Shown: piece after piece, positions 1-13,673 of the stretch
Layout of the letters: every line of letters begins with the position of its first letter
Position numbering within the stretch: position 1 is the stretch's first letter
Assembly (NCBI RefSeq): GCF_009914755.1
Contig: NC_060931.1
Direction: 5' to 3' (one strand)
Source of the DNA: the human T2T-CHM13v2.0 reference genome, Homo sapiens
Length of the DNA stretch: 64,000 nt
Program-made: the position numbers and the translations under genes
The notes under the pieces: model-generated
Told to the model about the DNA's origin: nothing
What the model saw: only the letters and a program-made list of their open reading frames with translations
Databases searched by the model: none

Positions 1-1619
1 CCGTTTCCCTGTCCTCAAATTGGTGGAGGGAGCAAAAAACCTTACTCTTCTGTTGCACAGGAGAATCCATTTAATCTTGATTGATTACATTAAATAAGGA
101 AGTCAGGCTTTCTTTATGCCACTTCACACCTTATGGGCCACATTATAATTTCCCTGCCTCTCGGTCTAAGTGTCCACTAGTGATCACTGCCTGGTGTGGT
201 TTTTTGTTGGTGTTGTTGTTCCTGTGGGTCTGTAGTTTTCCTTTCAGCCATTTCCTTTCTTTTGTTCTTCTCCTCCCCACTTGCTAACCAAGGAAGAAGG
301 GCTAAGGGGCTCCCCACCCTTCCTGGCGGTGGCAAAACAGCTTCTTGTTCATGAGGGAAATTGTGGAAGCATAGATGTAAAAAGGAGAGAAGTATGTGGG
401 TGTGTCTGTGTGTGCACACATGTGCATGTGTGGGTGTGCATGTGTGTGCCATTTAGCAGTTGCCTTTTTTTGTGATGGTTTGTTGCTGTTGGCACCTGTA
501 AAAGCAGTCAAGCTGAAGAAATTCCTTTGGAAAAAGAAAGAACTAACTTCCTAGAGGTGAATGGAAGGTTGCTGAGGCCTTAAGGGGAAAATTTTTAGAG
601 AGCTGAGTTTTCTCTGTTTTCCTTTGCATTGCTTATTTGAAATTCTTCATTGTTAGAACACAGTTTTGTTTACCATGCCCCCCATTATTTTCCCTTAAAC
701 AATACCATAAATATTATCATTTGGGGAACAACCTCAATTTCCCAGAATTCATGACTTTTCCATTTTAATAGACAATGTATCAGAACTTAAATCTTGTGAG
801 ATCTTCTTAAAAGAGTACTTCTCAACAGTTTTAGGAACTGTTTTTTACTCTAGCCTTTGAGGACAAGATGGGAGGGACACTGAAGAAGTTGTTCCTTTTG
901 TACAGAGTAGGCAACTCAGAAATATTATGGAATGACAGTTGAATGACAACATGCTGATTGTTTGCTCAGTAATAAACTAGAGTTTTGCTGTGTATTTTTA
1001 TATATTCATATAAGGCTATGCATTCTTGCAAATTAGCAATTAATTCTACTGAAATATCTGAATAATGTTTTCCATAGGTTACACTATCCCCCTCACAAAA
1101 ATAAAAAAAAACTAGACATAATATTTTGTTGCTGACCCTATGTTACAGACTTAGAGGTTTTTCCAAAGACTAGGAAGAAAGTTATTTCTGGGTTGGCTAG
1201 CTAGAAATATGCTATGCTAATTTTATCTCTAAATACCATATGATATCCATTCTATTTTCATAAATATAGATTAATTTCACAAACAGAGTTAATCAGGTTT
1301 GATGTTTGGTTTCATGTTTCTAAATAATTTAAAAATCAGCTTCTTTTCATGGCCACTTCTAGGTAAATATGTAAAACAAAGTAAAAGAGAAAAAGTTATG
1401 ACATCATATGAGAAAAGCTGCAACAATTCATAGTTTTAATTAAGAGGACTAGTTGGACTCTGGGCAAACATTTTATTGTCCACCAACTAAGATGTCCTCT
1501 CTGTGTGAGCTGTCACATACCAAATCTAAAAATCTGTTTTTGATATTTAAAACAGCTCAAAATCAACATGAAAATTGGCATGCTCTTCTCATATATAATT
1601 TGGGGAAAAATATGAAGTG

Positions 1620-2515
1620 AGAACAGGAAAGATGTATTAACTTCTTAAAAAGTAATCTTTAGGAGCAAACTGAAAGAGTTCCCAGTGGTCAAAGCTGGAA
1701 CTACTTGAGCAATGAAATGAATAGCGTATTATTGGATTATTCTCAAAAGTAGAAAATACATAGCCAGGAGTCCATAATAAAGTAAACGTAAATGATGTAA
1801 TAAATAAATATAAAGAGAGAAAATAGACAAATCTCCCATACAGAAGGATCTCAGATAATTTATGTAAATTTTGTATCTTCAAGGAGGTGAAGCATAGCTC
1901 CCCACACCTGAAGTGTGGGGTTGTGCATAGCAACTCCTTTCCAAGGAGCACAATATGGAAAGCGGGGGAAGGAGTAATCCTATAGTCGAGGAACTGGACA
2001 GACACTGCTTCAGCCAGGCGATCAAAGTCAACATCAACAGCAATGAATCATGTTAGTAGCATGTGCCTTTAGAATGAGATGAGGAGCATGGCACTTTACT
2101 TCTGTAGTCTTCCTCCCCCACACCCACAAACCCCGTCTAATCATGAGAAAAACATCACGCAAATTTCACTAACAGAATATCAGAGAAAATACCTGACCTG
2201 TTTTCCCAAAAATTCTCAAGGTTATCAAAAACAAGGAATGTCTAGTGGCACCTAAGGAGACATGATGAATAAATGCAATGTGGTACCCTGGATAAGATCC
2301 TGGAACAGAAGAAGGACATTAGGTAAAAATTAAGAATTGTAAGTAAAGAATGGATTCTAGAGTGTCCGTATTGGTTGAGACAAATGATGCAGTAACGTAT
2401 GATGTGAACAATAGGGAAAACTGGGTGAGGGGTCCATCCAAAAGGAGACTGTATTGCCTTCGCAAGTTTTCTTTACACTAAAACTATTGTAAAATTAGAA
2501 GTTCATTTAAAAAAA
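1620..2515 (+). mobile_element. Old L1 3' end (L1MC/L1MD type)
   Basis: Characteristic 3'UTR motifs: gttcccagtggtcaaagctgg, cagccaggcgatcaaagtcaacatca, ctaatcatgagaaaaacatca, tggtaccctggataagatcctggaacagaa. Confidence 0.7.
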
Positions 2516-5500
2516 TAATTCTTATTATCATATACTGTTCCTACATCTCAGTGTCATTATTTTCCTAAATCTTGGTTGATTTTTAAGAGATGACTTTAAA
2601 TTAGACAAAAGAAAACAGGTTCTCCAAGATTTGCTATCATACACATTTATTATTGTCATAGGTGCCATTTGCAGCGCTCTGAATACCATGGTTGCCTTTG
2701 CTTATAAATAGACTTATAATTTTATCTTACAGAAGGTGTTTATTAAGAATCCAAAGTATGAGAAAGTTCATTCCCCATTTTTAGGATTGTCATGACTATC
2801 CTTGGAGGAGGATTCTCTGAGTAACTTAGTAGTAGGTGGCCGCTTTCACATTCAGTCAAGAATTGTGTAATTTTCAGTTGATGGTTTAGAAACAATTAAA
2901 TGGTCTCCCCCTTTCTGTGCACATTGCTATTAATGTTACAGCTATGTTCATAAAACCAAGATTGTTATAGTCTTTATCGACATGACATTGTATTTTCTTG
3001 CATTAGTAAATCCAGTACTTTTAAAAGAAAGTTAAATATATTTCCTTTGAGGTGAAAAAACGACTTTTCCATCCAAAAACTGGAACTGTTCATAAGATGT
3101 GTAAAATTTACCCTGCATATTGATAAACCTATCAAGATTTTGGGGGCTTCATTGTTTCATGACTATAAAGAGTATGTTATTATGACTATGAAAGTTCAAA
3201 AATATTACAGATTCCTAAATATGCCATACATCTAGAGGACAAGGAGACACTTTCTGGGAGAGCCCTTGTGTGAGGCCCAAGCCCCAATTTCAATCCATTA
3301 TTACCTTTGTATTCATTTCAGACCAAGTCTAGCTCTTTCCACAGTTTCCATCTTAGTGTTCAACTACAGTCTGGGACAGACTTTTCTGCCTACAGAAAGA
3401 AACACATGGTCTGGGCTTCATCATCAAAACTCCTTGTGTGATCTTGGGGTCTTTGAGGAGCCAGTGGGTTCTTCAATTGTTCTCTTGTCTGCACACACCC
3501 TGGTCACCTTCCAAAATGAAATCCCGGGAGTCAAATGTGCACCACATTTATGAGCGTGTTGACTGACCAGTGACTCATGAGACTATCACACAACTCATGA
3601 TGAATATGTCGTTTTCCTCTTTAAAATGACTGCTGTGCAATATGGTTGTGAGCAGTGTGATCCTACAGTTTCCTTTTAACCCAGTAAATACTTGCTGTCT
3701 TATTCTTTGAAAGAATAGTTTAGTCATTTTGAAAGAACTGAGTGAGCAACTGCTTTGTGCAATTACTGAGTATTGTATCTAGACTTGAGACAAAATAATG
3801 TCCTAGTAGATTTTACTTCATCTTTTAAACACACACAAGAATTTAAATTGTTAACTAGAACACACTTGAATTTTCCCATGTTTAATCATTAAAAAGGCAA
3901 AACTTAATTTCATCAAGTGCAATCAAAGAATTTTTCATAGTAGCAATTAAAAAATATGAAACTGGAATTTCAATGACACAAAATTAAACAGCTGCTGTGT
4001 TATATTTTTAATCTTCATTCAAATCAAATGGCAAATCGCATTTTTCTTCAGGATTTTTTTTTCTTTTCTTTTTTAATATTAGTGTGTGTAAAGGTGGTTT
4101 CAGTAATTCAAAAACCTTCTGAAACATGCTGCGGTATATTTGGAAACATATTTCAAACGTTACTCTAGAGTGAGTAACCCTTGTATTTCTGTAGGACACA
4201 GAAGGCAAAACTCTTTGGAGAAGGACTGATTGGTTAGCTTGCTTTGGCATGAGGGAACTTCCAACTATATTGAGCTGTTTAACTAAGGAAACCAAAACCT
4301 ATTTTGCTCGGTTTGCCTTTCTTTCTGTACTCCATGTGTGGCATTTACCATAAGAGAAAGTAAAAACCACACATGAAGCTTGTGTCCTTCTCATTCCTTC
4401 CTATTTCCATGCTGGGGGAGAAGGGCTATTTTTGTGATACCCAGACTTCCCCACACTTTTATGTGTAAGACAACGAGCTGGGACATATGTAGCTGATATA
4501 TAATTAGCCAAATGGTATCTTTTTCACCCCAGCACAAACACGTTCCCTCTGATTTTCCTCATTGACTTTTAGGTTTAGGCACTAAGGAAAAGCAGCAGCC
4601 CCCGGTCAAACCAGGACTCCAGGTTTTGAAAAAACTACTTAAATACTTTTAAAAGGTAGAACTATTTAATTATTTGTCATTTCAAAGCCTTCCAGTCCTT
4701 CTTAGTTTACCTCCATTTTTTTTTCTAAAAATGGAAATTGAGTTCTTTGGTCTTGAGCACTCTTAGTTCTAAAGACGTATTTTAGCTCATTAGTTCTCAT
4801 CAAACTTCTCTCCTGACCCTATTCTCAGAGCGGATTTTTCTAAAGTCATATTTGCATTTTTAATTCAAATTAAAATTAATTTCAATTAAAATTTGTTTTA
4901 ATTCAGAGTTTTAATTTCTTCAGGGACCTTCTGTTTTCATATCTTTTTTCTTGTTGCACAGGGGATTGTTCTGAGGCTTAGCTGTTCTCACACCAGCCAG
5001 GACTACACGTACAGTGACTTAAGTGGTAAATCAGTCTTTGGGTAAAGACTTCAGCTCACCATTTTCTTTAATTATAATTTACTGGATAATAAGGGAATTG
5101 CTTTGGCTAGTAGAATTTATTTGACCAGGATAAGGTAGGACAAGAACTCTGACTTATTCAATGTGAAAACCCAATGACCATTAGGACATAGTTAATAAAG
5201 CAATCTGAAAGAGTCACTGATAGTAATTTTTTTAAAAAATAGAGAGACCCCCTACACTGACCTTGTAAATAGTCTTAGTGCCCAAAAGAAGTAAAATGTT
5301 GGAAGAAAGCCAGTGACAAAGAACTTGTATTTCGCTTATTTTGCCATCGATGCCTTATGAGGTTTCTTGTGAAGCTTAATGAGACAGTGTAAACCCTGCT
5401 TTGTAAATGTAAGGTACTATCCACACGCAAAATATTATTATTATTACTAAATTATAGGTTGTGTTACATGGAGGAATACTGTACTCAAACAATCATTTTT

Positions 5501-6129
5501 GTGGGATAACAACATTTTGTAGCTTATTTGCAAAAGTTCTCTACACAGTTAAAACAATGGTATGTTGATTGGAAAGCAATTTAAACTTTCCCATAATATT
5601 TGTTCAACATTCTTTTCATTGCTTTAAACAAGATGCACCCATTCAGAAATTATATAACATCATTGTACAAATGGCATTTGAGTGAAAGGGAAGGTTATAA
5701 TGAAGTATTATCTACCAATACATTTTTAAAAATTCAGGTCCTGCATAACAATTACTTACTGGAACTTAATAGGCATAATGGCTATCAGGAAGTGACACCA
5801 AGGCATGGGAAGAATTTTGTATGTTCTTCATATTGGGCACCTCTTTATAGCCGTATTATTTGCCAAGGAAAAACAAGAGAGGGTCATTGCTTTGTACTTT
5901 GGGGCCATTATTGAGAACAGTTTTCCCCATTGGAGTGTGATGTCATCGACCTATTGGAAAGCATACATGGGCACTGAATGGATGATTTACAGAGCATCTC
6001 CCCAAGTTTCTTTGCACTGCTGGGTTTATGAAATGAACATAGTGATTCTGAGATACAATCTTCTGTGTTTTGTATCTCAAATTGTCCCATTGCTTTGGTA
6101 GTCCTGATTAACATCTTAATTTCTAAATG

Positions 6130-6431
6130 TGTGTTCCTTCCAATACAATAGCCACTAGACATATGGTGCTACTGTGCATTTGAAATGTGGCTAGTCCAAC
6201 TTGTGATGTACTGTAAGTACTAAATACACACTGGATTTTGAAGATAGTGTGAAAAGAATGGAAAATATGTCAATAATTTTTATATCGGTTATGTACGGAA
6301 ATTATGTTGGATTGTTATTAGAGTATATTATTAAGGTTACTTTCATCTTTTCTTTTTGCTTTTTGAATGTGGCACTAGAAAATTTTAAATTACATATGTG
6401 GCTTGCATTGTATGTCCATCGGACAGCAGTG
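6130..6431. mobile_element. MER33 (hAT-Charlie MITE)
   Basis: tagccactagacatatgg...tgaaatgtggctagt...aaattacatatgtggct...ggacagcagtg. Confidence 0.7.
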
Positions 6432-7959
6432 AGCTAGATGGGATATGGCATTTTTCTGCTTCTGATGAGAATGCGAAATGTGGAAACACATTAGGTCACT
6501 CATTAGAACAATTCTGAGTGTTCCTTAAACTTCAGCTAATTTTGATGGGAGGCTGAGAATTAGATCAAGCTCTGTTTATCCAAAAACAAAGATGTGGAAA
6601 GCTAGTACAGCACAGTGGTTCAACTTGGAATCTGCTGAAGGGGGAGTATCTGTCTGATCCTGATTTGTGAAAGAAATACCGTAAACTGCATGGGCAGGAA
6701 TGGAGGTTACATCTTTGATCTATCCTAGTCAAAAGTGGGCTCTCTCCTAGAGTCTCTTAGGTGACTATTAGGTGGCCTTAGCCAAAGCTTTTATAATCAC
6801 ACAGACTCACCCAAGGACAGCCCTCTGATCTCTCAAGGAGAATGCAATACAACATAGACTTTGGCAACTGAAAACCTCAAACCTAATCCTTGGTGACTTA
6901 AGGTTTCTGTTGGTATTCACAGAAATGCCTTTGGCTTGTCAAAATACGAGTTGCAATATTTGCTTTAGTATCTGCTCACCATCCCATCCCTTCTCTCTAA
7001 ACTCGTTCATTACCATTAGGATATTCTGGGTGGCTGGGATGGTTCATGTAAGTGGGGACAAGACTTGCCAATATGTTATCAATGTCTTGAGCTTAAAAGT
7101 ACATGTTTGGATGTTCACCAGAGTGAAAATTTGTGTCTAATCACCCCCTTTCCACCTCCCTTTTGATGAAAATCATCAAAATGTGAGATGAAAGGATCTA
7201 ATGGGTTGTCTGAATGTTTTTCCCAGCCCTGTTGGAAATGATTGAGGCATTGGCTCTTCAACATTTCCTCTGAGAAAGCAATTCCAAAGGTTGGTGTCAA
7301 CTTACAGCTTAGTAATGGACTAATACACATTATCCTGTATGCAACTCTAAATTATAGCCTGCCAGCTGTGATTCTGGAAGTTTGGAATAGGTTCCTTCCC
7401 GAGATTCTAAACAGAAATGGCTTTGAATGTTGCGGGCATGAGTCTGTCTAACCCTTCTAAAGGTGGCATAAACGCTGTAACATTTCTATTGATTTTTAAC
7501 ATCCAGCTCTCTAGAAAACAGAAAATAGCCAAAATTTGACAGGCATTTTACAAAATAATCTGATCCTTCATAGATGCAGAGTAAGAGCTTTGTTCACAAG
7601 TGACATTTGTGCTTAAACTTGGATCAAACCTTCCTTGTTTCTTTCTTATGCCAGTTTTATTATGTGGAGTTGAATTACATTTTACTGGATTTAAAATAAT
7701 GCTTTAAACGTTATTTTGTCTTCTTTAGTTTTTCTTTTTATCATTTAAATATCTGTAGCCTCAAACTCATAAAAGGAGAGTACAAACTTCTAATAAAGTT
7801 CCTTAATATTTACCCTGATGCATAAATTAAAGAAATCCAAATTTAAACAAGGAGCCCTGTTGCATATATTTAGTTGTCAAATATAATGCCCAGGGTTGGC
7901 AAGGGTGTGCATTAAGCAGCTCCAGAGGAGAGTGCTACAGGAGTTAAAAATCATCTTCA

Positions 7960-8420
7960 TCTTGCTGAAAGGCAGCTTGGTTTTACTGATCATCATAAGA
8001 TTTCAAACAATGTACATACTGAGCAATTCAATTTCTGGGAATTGTTCCTGCAGGAAGTAATTAAGAATGACAGGAAAGATTTAACTAGACTGTAAGAATG
8101 CTCATTGCAGTATTCTTTATAATATCACAAAGTAAAAAATCTAGAAATACTATTACTGGTAGACTAGCTATATAAATTAAGATGCATTTATACTGTGAAG
8201 TACTATTTAGCCATTTTAAATGACAGCTTATAATATATTTTAAGTTAAAAAAAGTTACAAAATAAATACATTACAAAAATGTATGTGAATCTGATTTGAT
8301 ACTGATAAAATGATATCTATTTTATACACATGCATAGAAAAGACTGAAATGGTTACAAAAAATGATTAATGTTGGTTATTTCTGAATGTTAGAATTATAA
8401 GGGTTTTGTTTTTTATTTTT
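7960..8420 (+). mobile_element. Degraded L1ME-like fragment
   Basis: Remnants of ORF2-end/3'UTR motifs (gcaattcaatttctgggaat, cattgcagtattctttataata, tactatttagccatt). Confidence 0.45.
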
Positions 8421-9334
8421 AGATGTATTTATTTTTTCCCTTTGAGAAGGTACAGTAACTTTGGCTTCATGGACAGTTTTCCGAAACTGTTTTCAAAGAC
8501 ATTAAAATTTTCCTCATCTCTCTATACGTGGTTAGATGAATAAAAGGTACATAAACTTAAAGTAAGGATAAGACACAAGTGAGGGATGTGAAGGAACCAC
8601 ACTGTGATTCAGACTACCTCCTCTACCTGTCTATTAACTGTCTTAATAGCTACACTGTTGACCTTGTTCTTTTATAATCATAATGATCCACCTGCCCTCT
8701 CCTGAGACTCTTTTTCAACATGGACAGCACTTGTCGTCCCTCCCATATCATATTGTGTTTAATTTAATCTTTAGCAGATAGATACAGAGTGTGTGTTCAA
8801 ACTAGTTTTTTCATTTGTTAAGGTGCTTTGGAATTGTAATCCAAATTTCGAACAAATTATATACTCAAAATATATGACAATACAATGAAATTTTTGTAAA
8901 AATATTTTAACAAACTGACCTCATGAGCAAAAACTGCTGTAGTTTTTAATAATTCTGTTTACAGATGATTTTATTCCAGTATGTGAATCTTCCCAAGCAA
9001 AGAGGGGAAAAAAAGTGTTCATTTTTAAAAATGACATCATGGAAGTCCTTAAAGCATCTAATACAAGTTAATGAACTCTGCAACCATTTATACTAGCCCT
9101 AATATATTATATATACGCACCTGGAAAGTCATCCAACAGATACTTACCTGAACTTCAAAAAGTTGTCAGTCTAGTAGGGGAGGTGACCGTCCATACAATG
9201 AGAGGCAGAACATAACAATAGTCAGAAGACAGGCAAATCTAAGGGCTACGGGAGCGTCACAAGGGAAAGGGAAGTGTTAGGGATGGGGTGATAGTAGAGG
9301 TGGCATTTGTGTTAGGACTTAAGGCCATTATTGG

Positions 9335-9635
9335 ATTAACTGAGAATATTGAATATGAATAGTGGATTAGTTAAAAATACTATATAGATGTTAAATTTAT
9401 TGAGCTTGATAACTGTTCTATGGGTTATGGAAGAATGTATCCCTTTAATTAGGAGATACACGAAGAAGTATGGGGATGGGGGAGAGAGTGAGAGGATGGC
9501 TGAGCAAATGATAACATGAAACATTAACAATAGTTGAGTGTGGGGGTAAAGGGCATACAGACACTCTTCATACTATTTTTATTTTTGCAATCTAACCGTT
9601 AGTTTGAAATCATTTCCCAGTAAAAAGTCTTTTAA
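9335..9635 (+). mobile_element. Degraded L1ME/L1MC 3' end fragment
   Basis: gaatattgaatatga...atgttaaatt...ttatggaagaatgt...tactattttt motifs. Confidence 0.45.
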
Positions 9636-10604
9636 AATCCAGCTCTCAGATAAGAGGCAACAGAGGATAGCTGTCCTTATTCACTGCCTTCTGAAGACCA
9701 GAACTGATGCCAGCTGCTTTTTTATTTCCCCCAAAATGTGGTTCACGCTAGTTATTTGTTGACTTCACCAAACCACCGCATAATTTCACACAACCCAGGA
9801 TGGAGGGTAGCAGCGTCTGTTTCACAGAACCCAAGGCCTGAAATAGCAGGAGGGCTGTGTTGTGGTGTGGCGTGGAAGCCTGCGCCCTGCCAGCCACACT
9901 TGGCCTGGTTTCAGCAGTTTGCTATCAGACCCTACATTATGGAAGAACAGCCAGGGCAAATAAAATGGAGAGTCAGACTTACAAAACAAAGCTTCCTGCC
10001 TCCCAACTAGTACTGCCTTGCTTCCTCCTTCAGGATAGCACCCATTTCTGTAGATATTTCCTGGTAGAAATGTTGTGACTTCCCTGACATTGCTGTTAAA
10101 TTGTAGTTCCTGCAAAAGGAGGCCAAGTCCTCATTTCTGGTGTCCAGATAACCTCCTCCAGGTATTTTCTCAATATGGTTCAGACCTAAGTTACTTTATT
10201 TCCTGTGCCTTTTAAAGACACCTCTATTCAAAAAACACATTTTCCAGAGTGCTGTAAGTTTTAAAGACCCCAAGTGACAATGTGCCTGAAGAGGAAATCA
10301 GCCCCCTGTTAGTGCAAGGAGCTGAGTGGCTGAAGAAGCCCAGACTGTAGTGGGCTTGGGAACTGGCTAGAGCCTGTTCTCTGCACGGGCTCCCACTGCC
10401 ACACAGGCTGCAGGGGGAGTATCAGTGCCCCACCCCACTCCCCAGATTCCAAGGGCGCACTTAATGTTCACCACGTGCAGTGTTTGTCACCTGGGCTTCA
10501 GTGTTAGTGCCGCCAGGTTCCAGCAGTGGCTGTTCTCTGTTGCCTTTTACCTGAGAGCTGGCTTTTAAAAGACTTTTTACTGGGAAATGATTTCAACTGG
10601 CTAA

Positions 10605-10740
10605 TACGGCCATGGGCAGTTAGTGAGCTTCACTAAGCCTCAGTTTTGGCATCCACCAAATGGAGATAATAATAGTCTCCAGCTCCTAGAGTTGTGAGGA
10701 TGAAATGCAACAGACAATGCATATAAATTATGAAGCATAA
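10605..10740 (+). mobile_element. MIR
   Basis: Core aagcctcagttt...aaatggagataataatagt...gttgtgaggatgaaatg. Confidence 0.7.
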
Positions 10741-11399
10741 GTGGTGGTTCTTGCTGTTTTCTTGTGCTTGTTAAGAGTATTACTATGTGAGCCTGGCTTC
10801 TTTCCTTTCTCCCTCCCTTCCGTCCCCAAACTTACCAGTATTACACAGTTGATACAACAGTGTTCAAGATACTCCTCGTTTGAAGATAAGAGTCCTGCAA
10901 CTGGGTACGAGTCAAGTGTCCTTTGGAAAACTGTGATGTACTCAACAAATGCATAAAGATGAGCATGTTTTAATTGTCCAGGCCCACACAATGTGGATGA
11001 TTTTCATATTCTATCACTAGTATTTTCTGCTCTTCCATCCTGCAATGCCCTAACCTCCCAGGGTGCCCATGCCTAGAATATCCCTTTCCTTCACCCTGTA
11101 TTTATTGAACTCAGTCCTCAAAGGCTGGCTGAGTGTCACCTACTGTGATCTTTGCTCACAATGAGAGCAGAAGAAATTGCTCCTGGAACTCCCTTTACCT
11201 AACACTGTAATATGTAATACTTTTTATGTTTTATGTAACCTTATTACATAAAATGATATGGTTTTGCTTTTTATACTCATCTCTCCTACTTGAATATAAG
11301 TTTCTGGAGGCTAAAGCTTGTCATATTTTTCCTAGTTCCTTCATAGAGCCTGGAAAGTATGCTGCTCATTAACAATTGTGCTGGGGTTGTTTGTTGTTG

Positions 11400-11790
11400 C
11401 TTGTAAATTTTTTGAAAGCGTAAAAGCATGCAGGAAAGTACTCAAATCAGGAGTGTACAACTTGATATTTTTGACATGAACATACCATGAAACCAGTCTT
11501 CAGATCAAGATTCAGAATATAAGGAGAAACCCAGAAGTCCATATTCAGTCTCTCCTCCCCCAAGGGTAACCACTACATCATAGATTAGTTATGCCCCTTA
11601 TTAAATTTTCTACAAATGTCATCATATGGTACATATGCATTCATGGCTAACATCTTTCATTTCACATTATGTTTCAGAAGCATTCATGCTGTTGTATGTA
11701 GATGTGGTTCATTCACTACCATGACTATGTAGTATTTCACTGTGTGACTATGCCATTATTTATTTATCCATTCTGCTGCTGATAGACCTT
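11400..11790 (-). mobile_element. Old L1M fragment
   Basis: Antisense L1 motifs: cattcatgctgttgtatgta...tagtatttcactgtgtga...ttatttatccattct. Confidence 0.55.
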
Positions 11791-13016
11791 GGGAAGTAAC
11801 TGTTTTGTGAACTGAAATGAATACTAACATCTGGCTCTTAAGAAACATTTCCCAAGGAAAGGGTGACAGCACAGAAGGTTAGATTCACGAATGCTAGAGA
11901 AGTAGCCCTGATTTCTCACTTTTTCAAAGAGCATTGACAGATGGCTCCCCATATCAAGAGCCAGCACAATCTTTCAGAATCAGGACAGCCCATTTTCCCA
12001 GACCATGTGATATTTATTCTATTCTAGCCTGGCTGGTTGCTAAATTGGTAAAGATCAGAGAGCTTTTGGGCACAGTGGTGTTCTTAGAATTCTGTTTTGC
12101 TATTAAATATTGGCCTACAAATATATAGCTAAATGTGTTTTACTAATGATTGGGGTGGCATTAATTGTAATTACTTGTCAATCTAACTTGTTGCTGGTGT
12201 CTTAATTTCCAGCATATCTGAGAGGTTTTTAAAGGATTTCACTAGCAGTTTGGTAAGTCATTTGTCAATAAATGATGAAAAGGTTGGGCTATTTATATTT
12301 CAATGTTACCATTTTAATGGGCAACTGTCTATGTACTGTCCACCGCAGAAATGCTTTTTCCTCCCTTTTCTTGAGGAAAGTGTCTAAGGTGGAGGGAGGT
12401 CTGGTTGCTATGGATATCTGAAATTTTATGTTTACAATTTAAGAGGTAAGCTGAAACCTCACTATTTGGTCTCCACCTGAGTGGCATTCACATTTAGAAA
12501 TTACAAGATTGTTATTGGCTATCTGGAGCTTGAGGATGTGGCTGAGTCCTGGCAGTTAATTAAAACTAGCCTGGTTTTCAATATCAGAATTATTCAGCCT
12601 GTTTTGGTAGGATGTCCGTAAAGTCCTCACTACCTTGCAATGTGTTTTTGATGTAAAAAAAATATTTAAAAAGGAAACATAACAGGGTAGCTTGTCCTCA
12701 TTTACTGGAGAGGTTGGTTGCTCCATAAGCTTTTCAGAGTGGGATTCTGCCCCCATTGTTTCTTGTCTGTTAGCTCTGTAGGTTCTAGGCTACAGTATTT
12801 CAGTGTTCACAGGACAGCTAATTGGAGAACAAAGCCCTGGCATTTTCCTGGAAGGAAGATTGCTTCATGTGATGCTTATTGGGAAGATCGTAGAAAAACT
12901 GGTTAATTCAGAGTATTGCTGCATTAAATGTCAGGTGAAATATTTTCTAATTATTCTTTTATTATCAGTTTAATCTTTTAAATATGTTTTTAAGTATAGA
13001 AGTAACTCATGAATAC

Positions 13017-13315
13017 TTTTTTTTTTTTTGGAGACAGAGTCTCACTTTGTAGCCCAGGCTGGAGTGCAGTGGCGCAATCTCGGCTCACTGCAACTTCCAT
13101 TCCACCTCCCAGTTCAAGCAATTCTGGTGTCTCAGCCGCCTGAGTAGCTGGAATTACAGGTTTGCACCACCACACCCAGCTAACTTTTGCATTTTTTGTA
13201 GAGATGGGGTTTCGCCATGTTGGCCAGGCTGGTCTCAAACTCCTGGCCTCAAGTGATCCACCCACTCGGCCTCCCAAAGTGCTGGGATTACAGGCGTGAG
13301 CCACTGCGCCCGGCC
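13017..13315 (-). mobile_element. AluS (Sx/Sz-like)
   Basis: Full dimer, poly-T at 13017, ends ccactgcgcccggcc; degenerate TSD atgaatac/atgactac. Confidence 0.93.
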
Positions 13316-13450
13316 TATGACTACATTTTTAACTTAAAAGAATCTAATAATACTGATAAAGAGAAAATTCCACTTGACTTATTTCTCATCAGTTCTAGTT
13401 TGTTCCACATAGATATTCCTTTCATCAGACTAGTTTGTATTGTTCTAGTT

Positions 13451-13673
13451 CAGAGGTCAGCAAGTTCTAACCCAAAGGCCAATCCAGCTCCCTACCTGTT
13501 TTTGTAAATAAAGTTTTGTTGAAACACAGCCACGCCCATTTATTTACATATTGTCCCTGGCTGCTGTCACACTGCAACAGCTCAGCTGTGTAGCCGCAAT
13601 ACAGACCACATGGCCCCCAAAGCCTGAAATGTTTACTGACTAGCGCTTTACAGAAAAATTTTGTTGATCTCTG
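13451..13673. mobile_element. MER58A (hAT-Charlie MITE)
   Basis: TIRs cagaggtcagcaa / ttgttgatctctg; 8-bp TSD ttctagtt/ttctagat; core tgtaaataaagttttgttgaaacacagccacgcccatt. Confidence 0.85.

Noticed and set aside
1340-1368. cttctag|gtaaat as a recursive splice site
   Set aside because: Interrupted pyrimidine tract and weak reconstituted donor; not supportable without saw-tooth RNA-seq.
12990-13507. 104-aa and 96-aa ORFs
   Set aside because: Translations of the two strands of an Alu.
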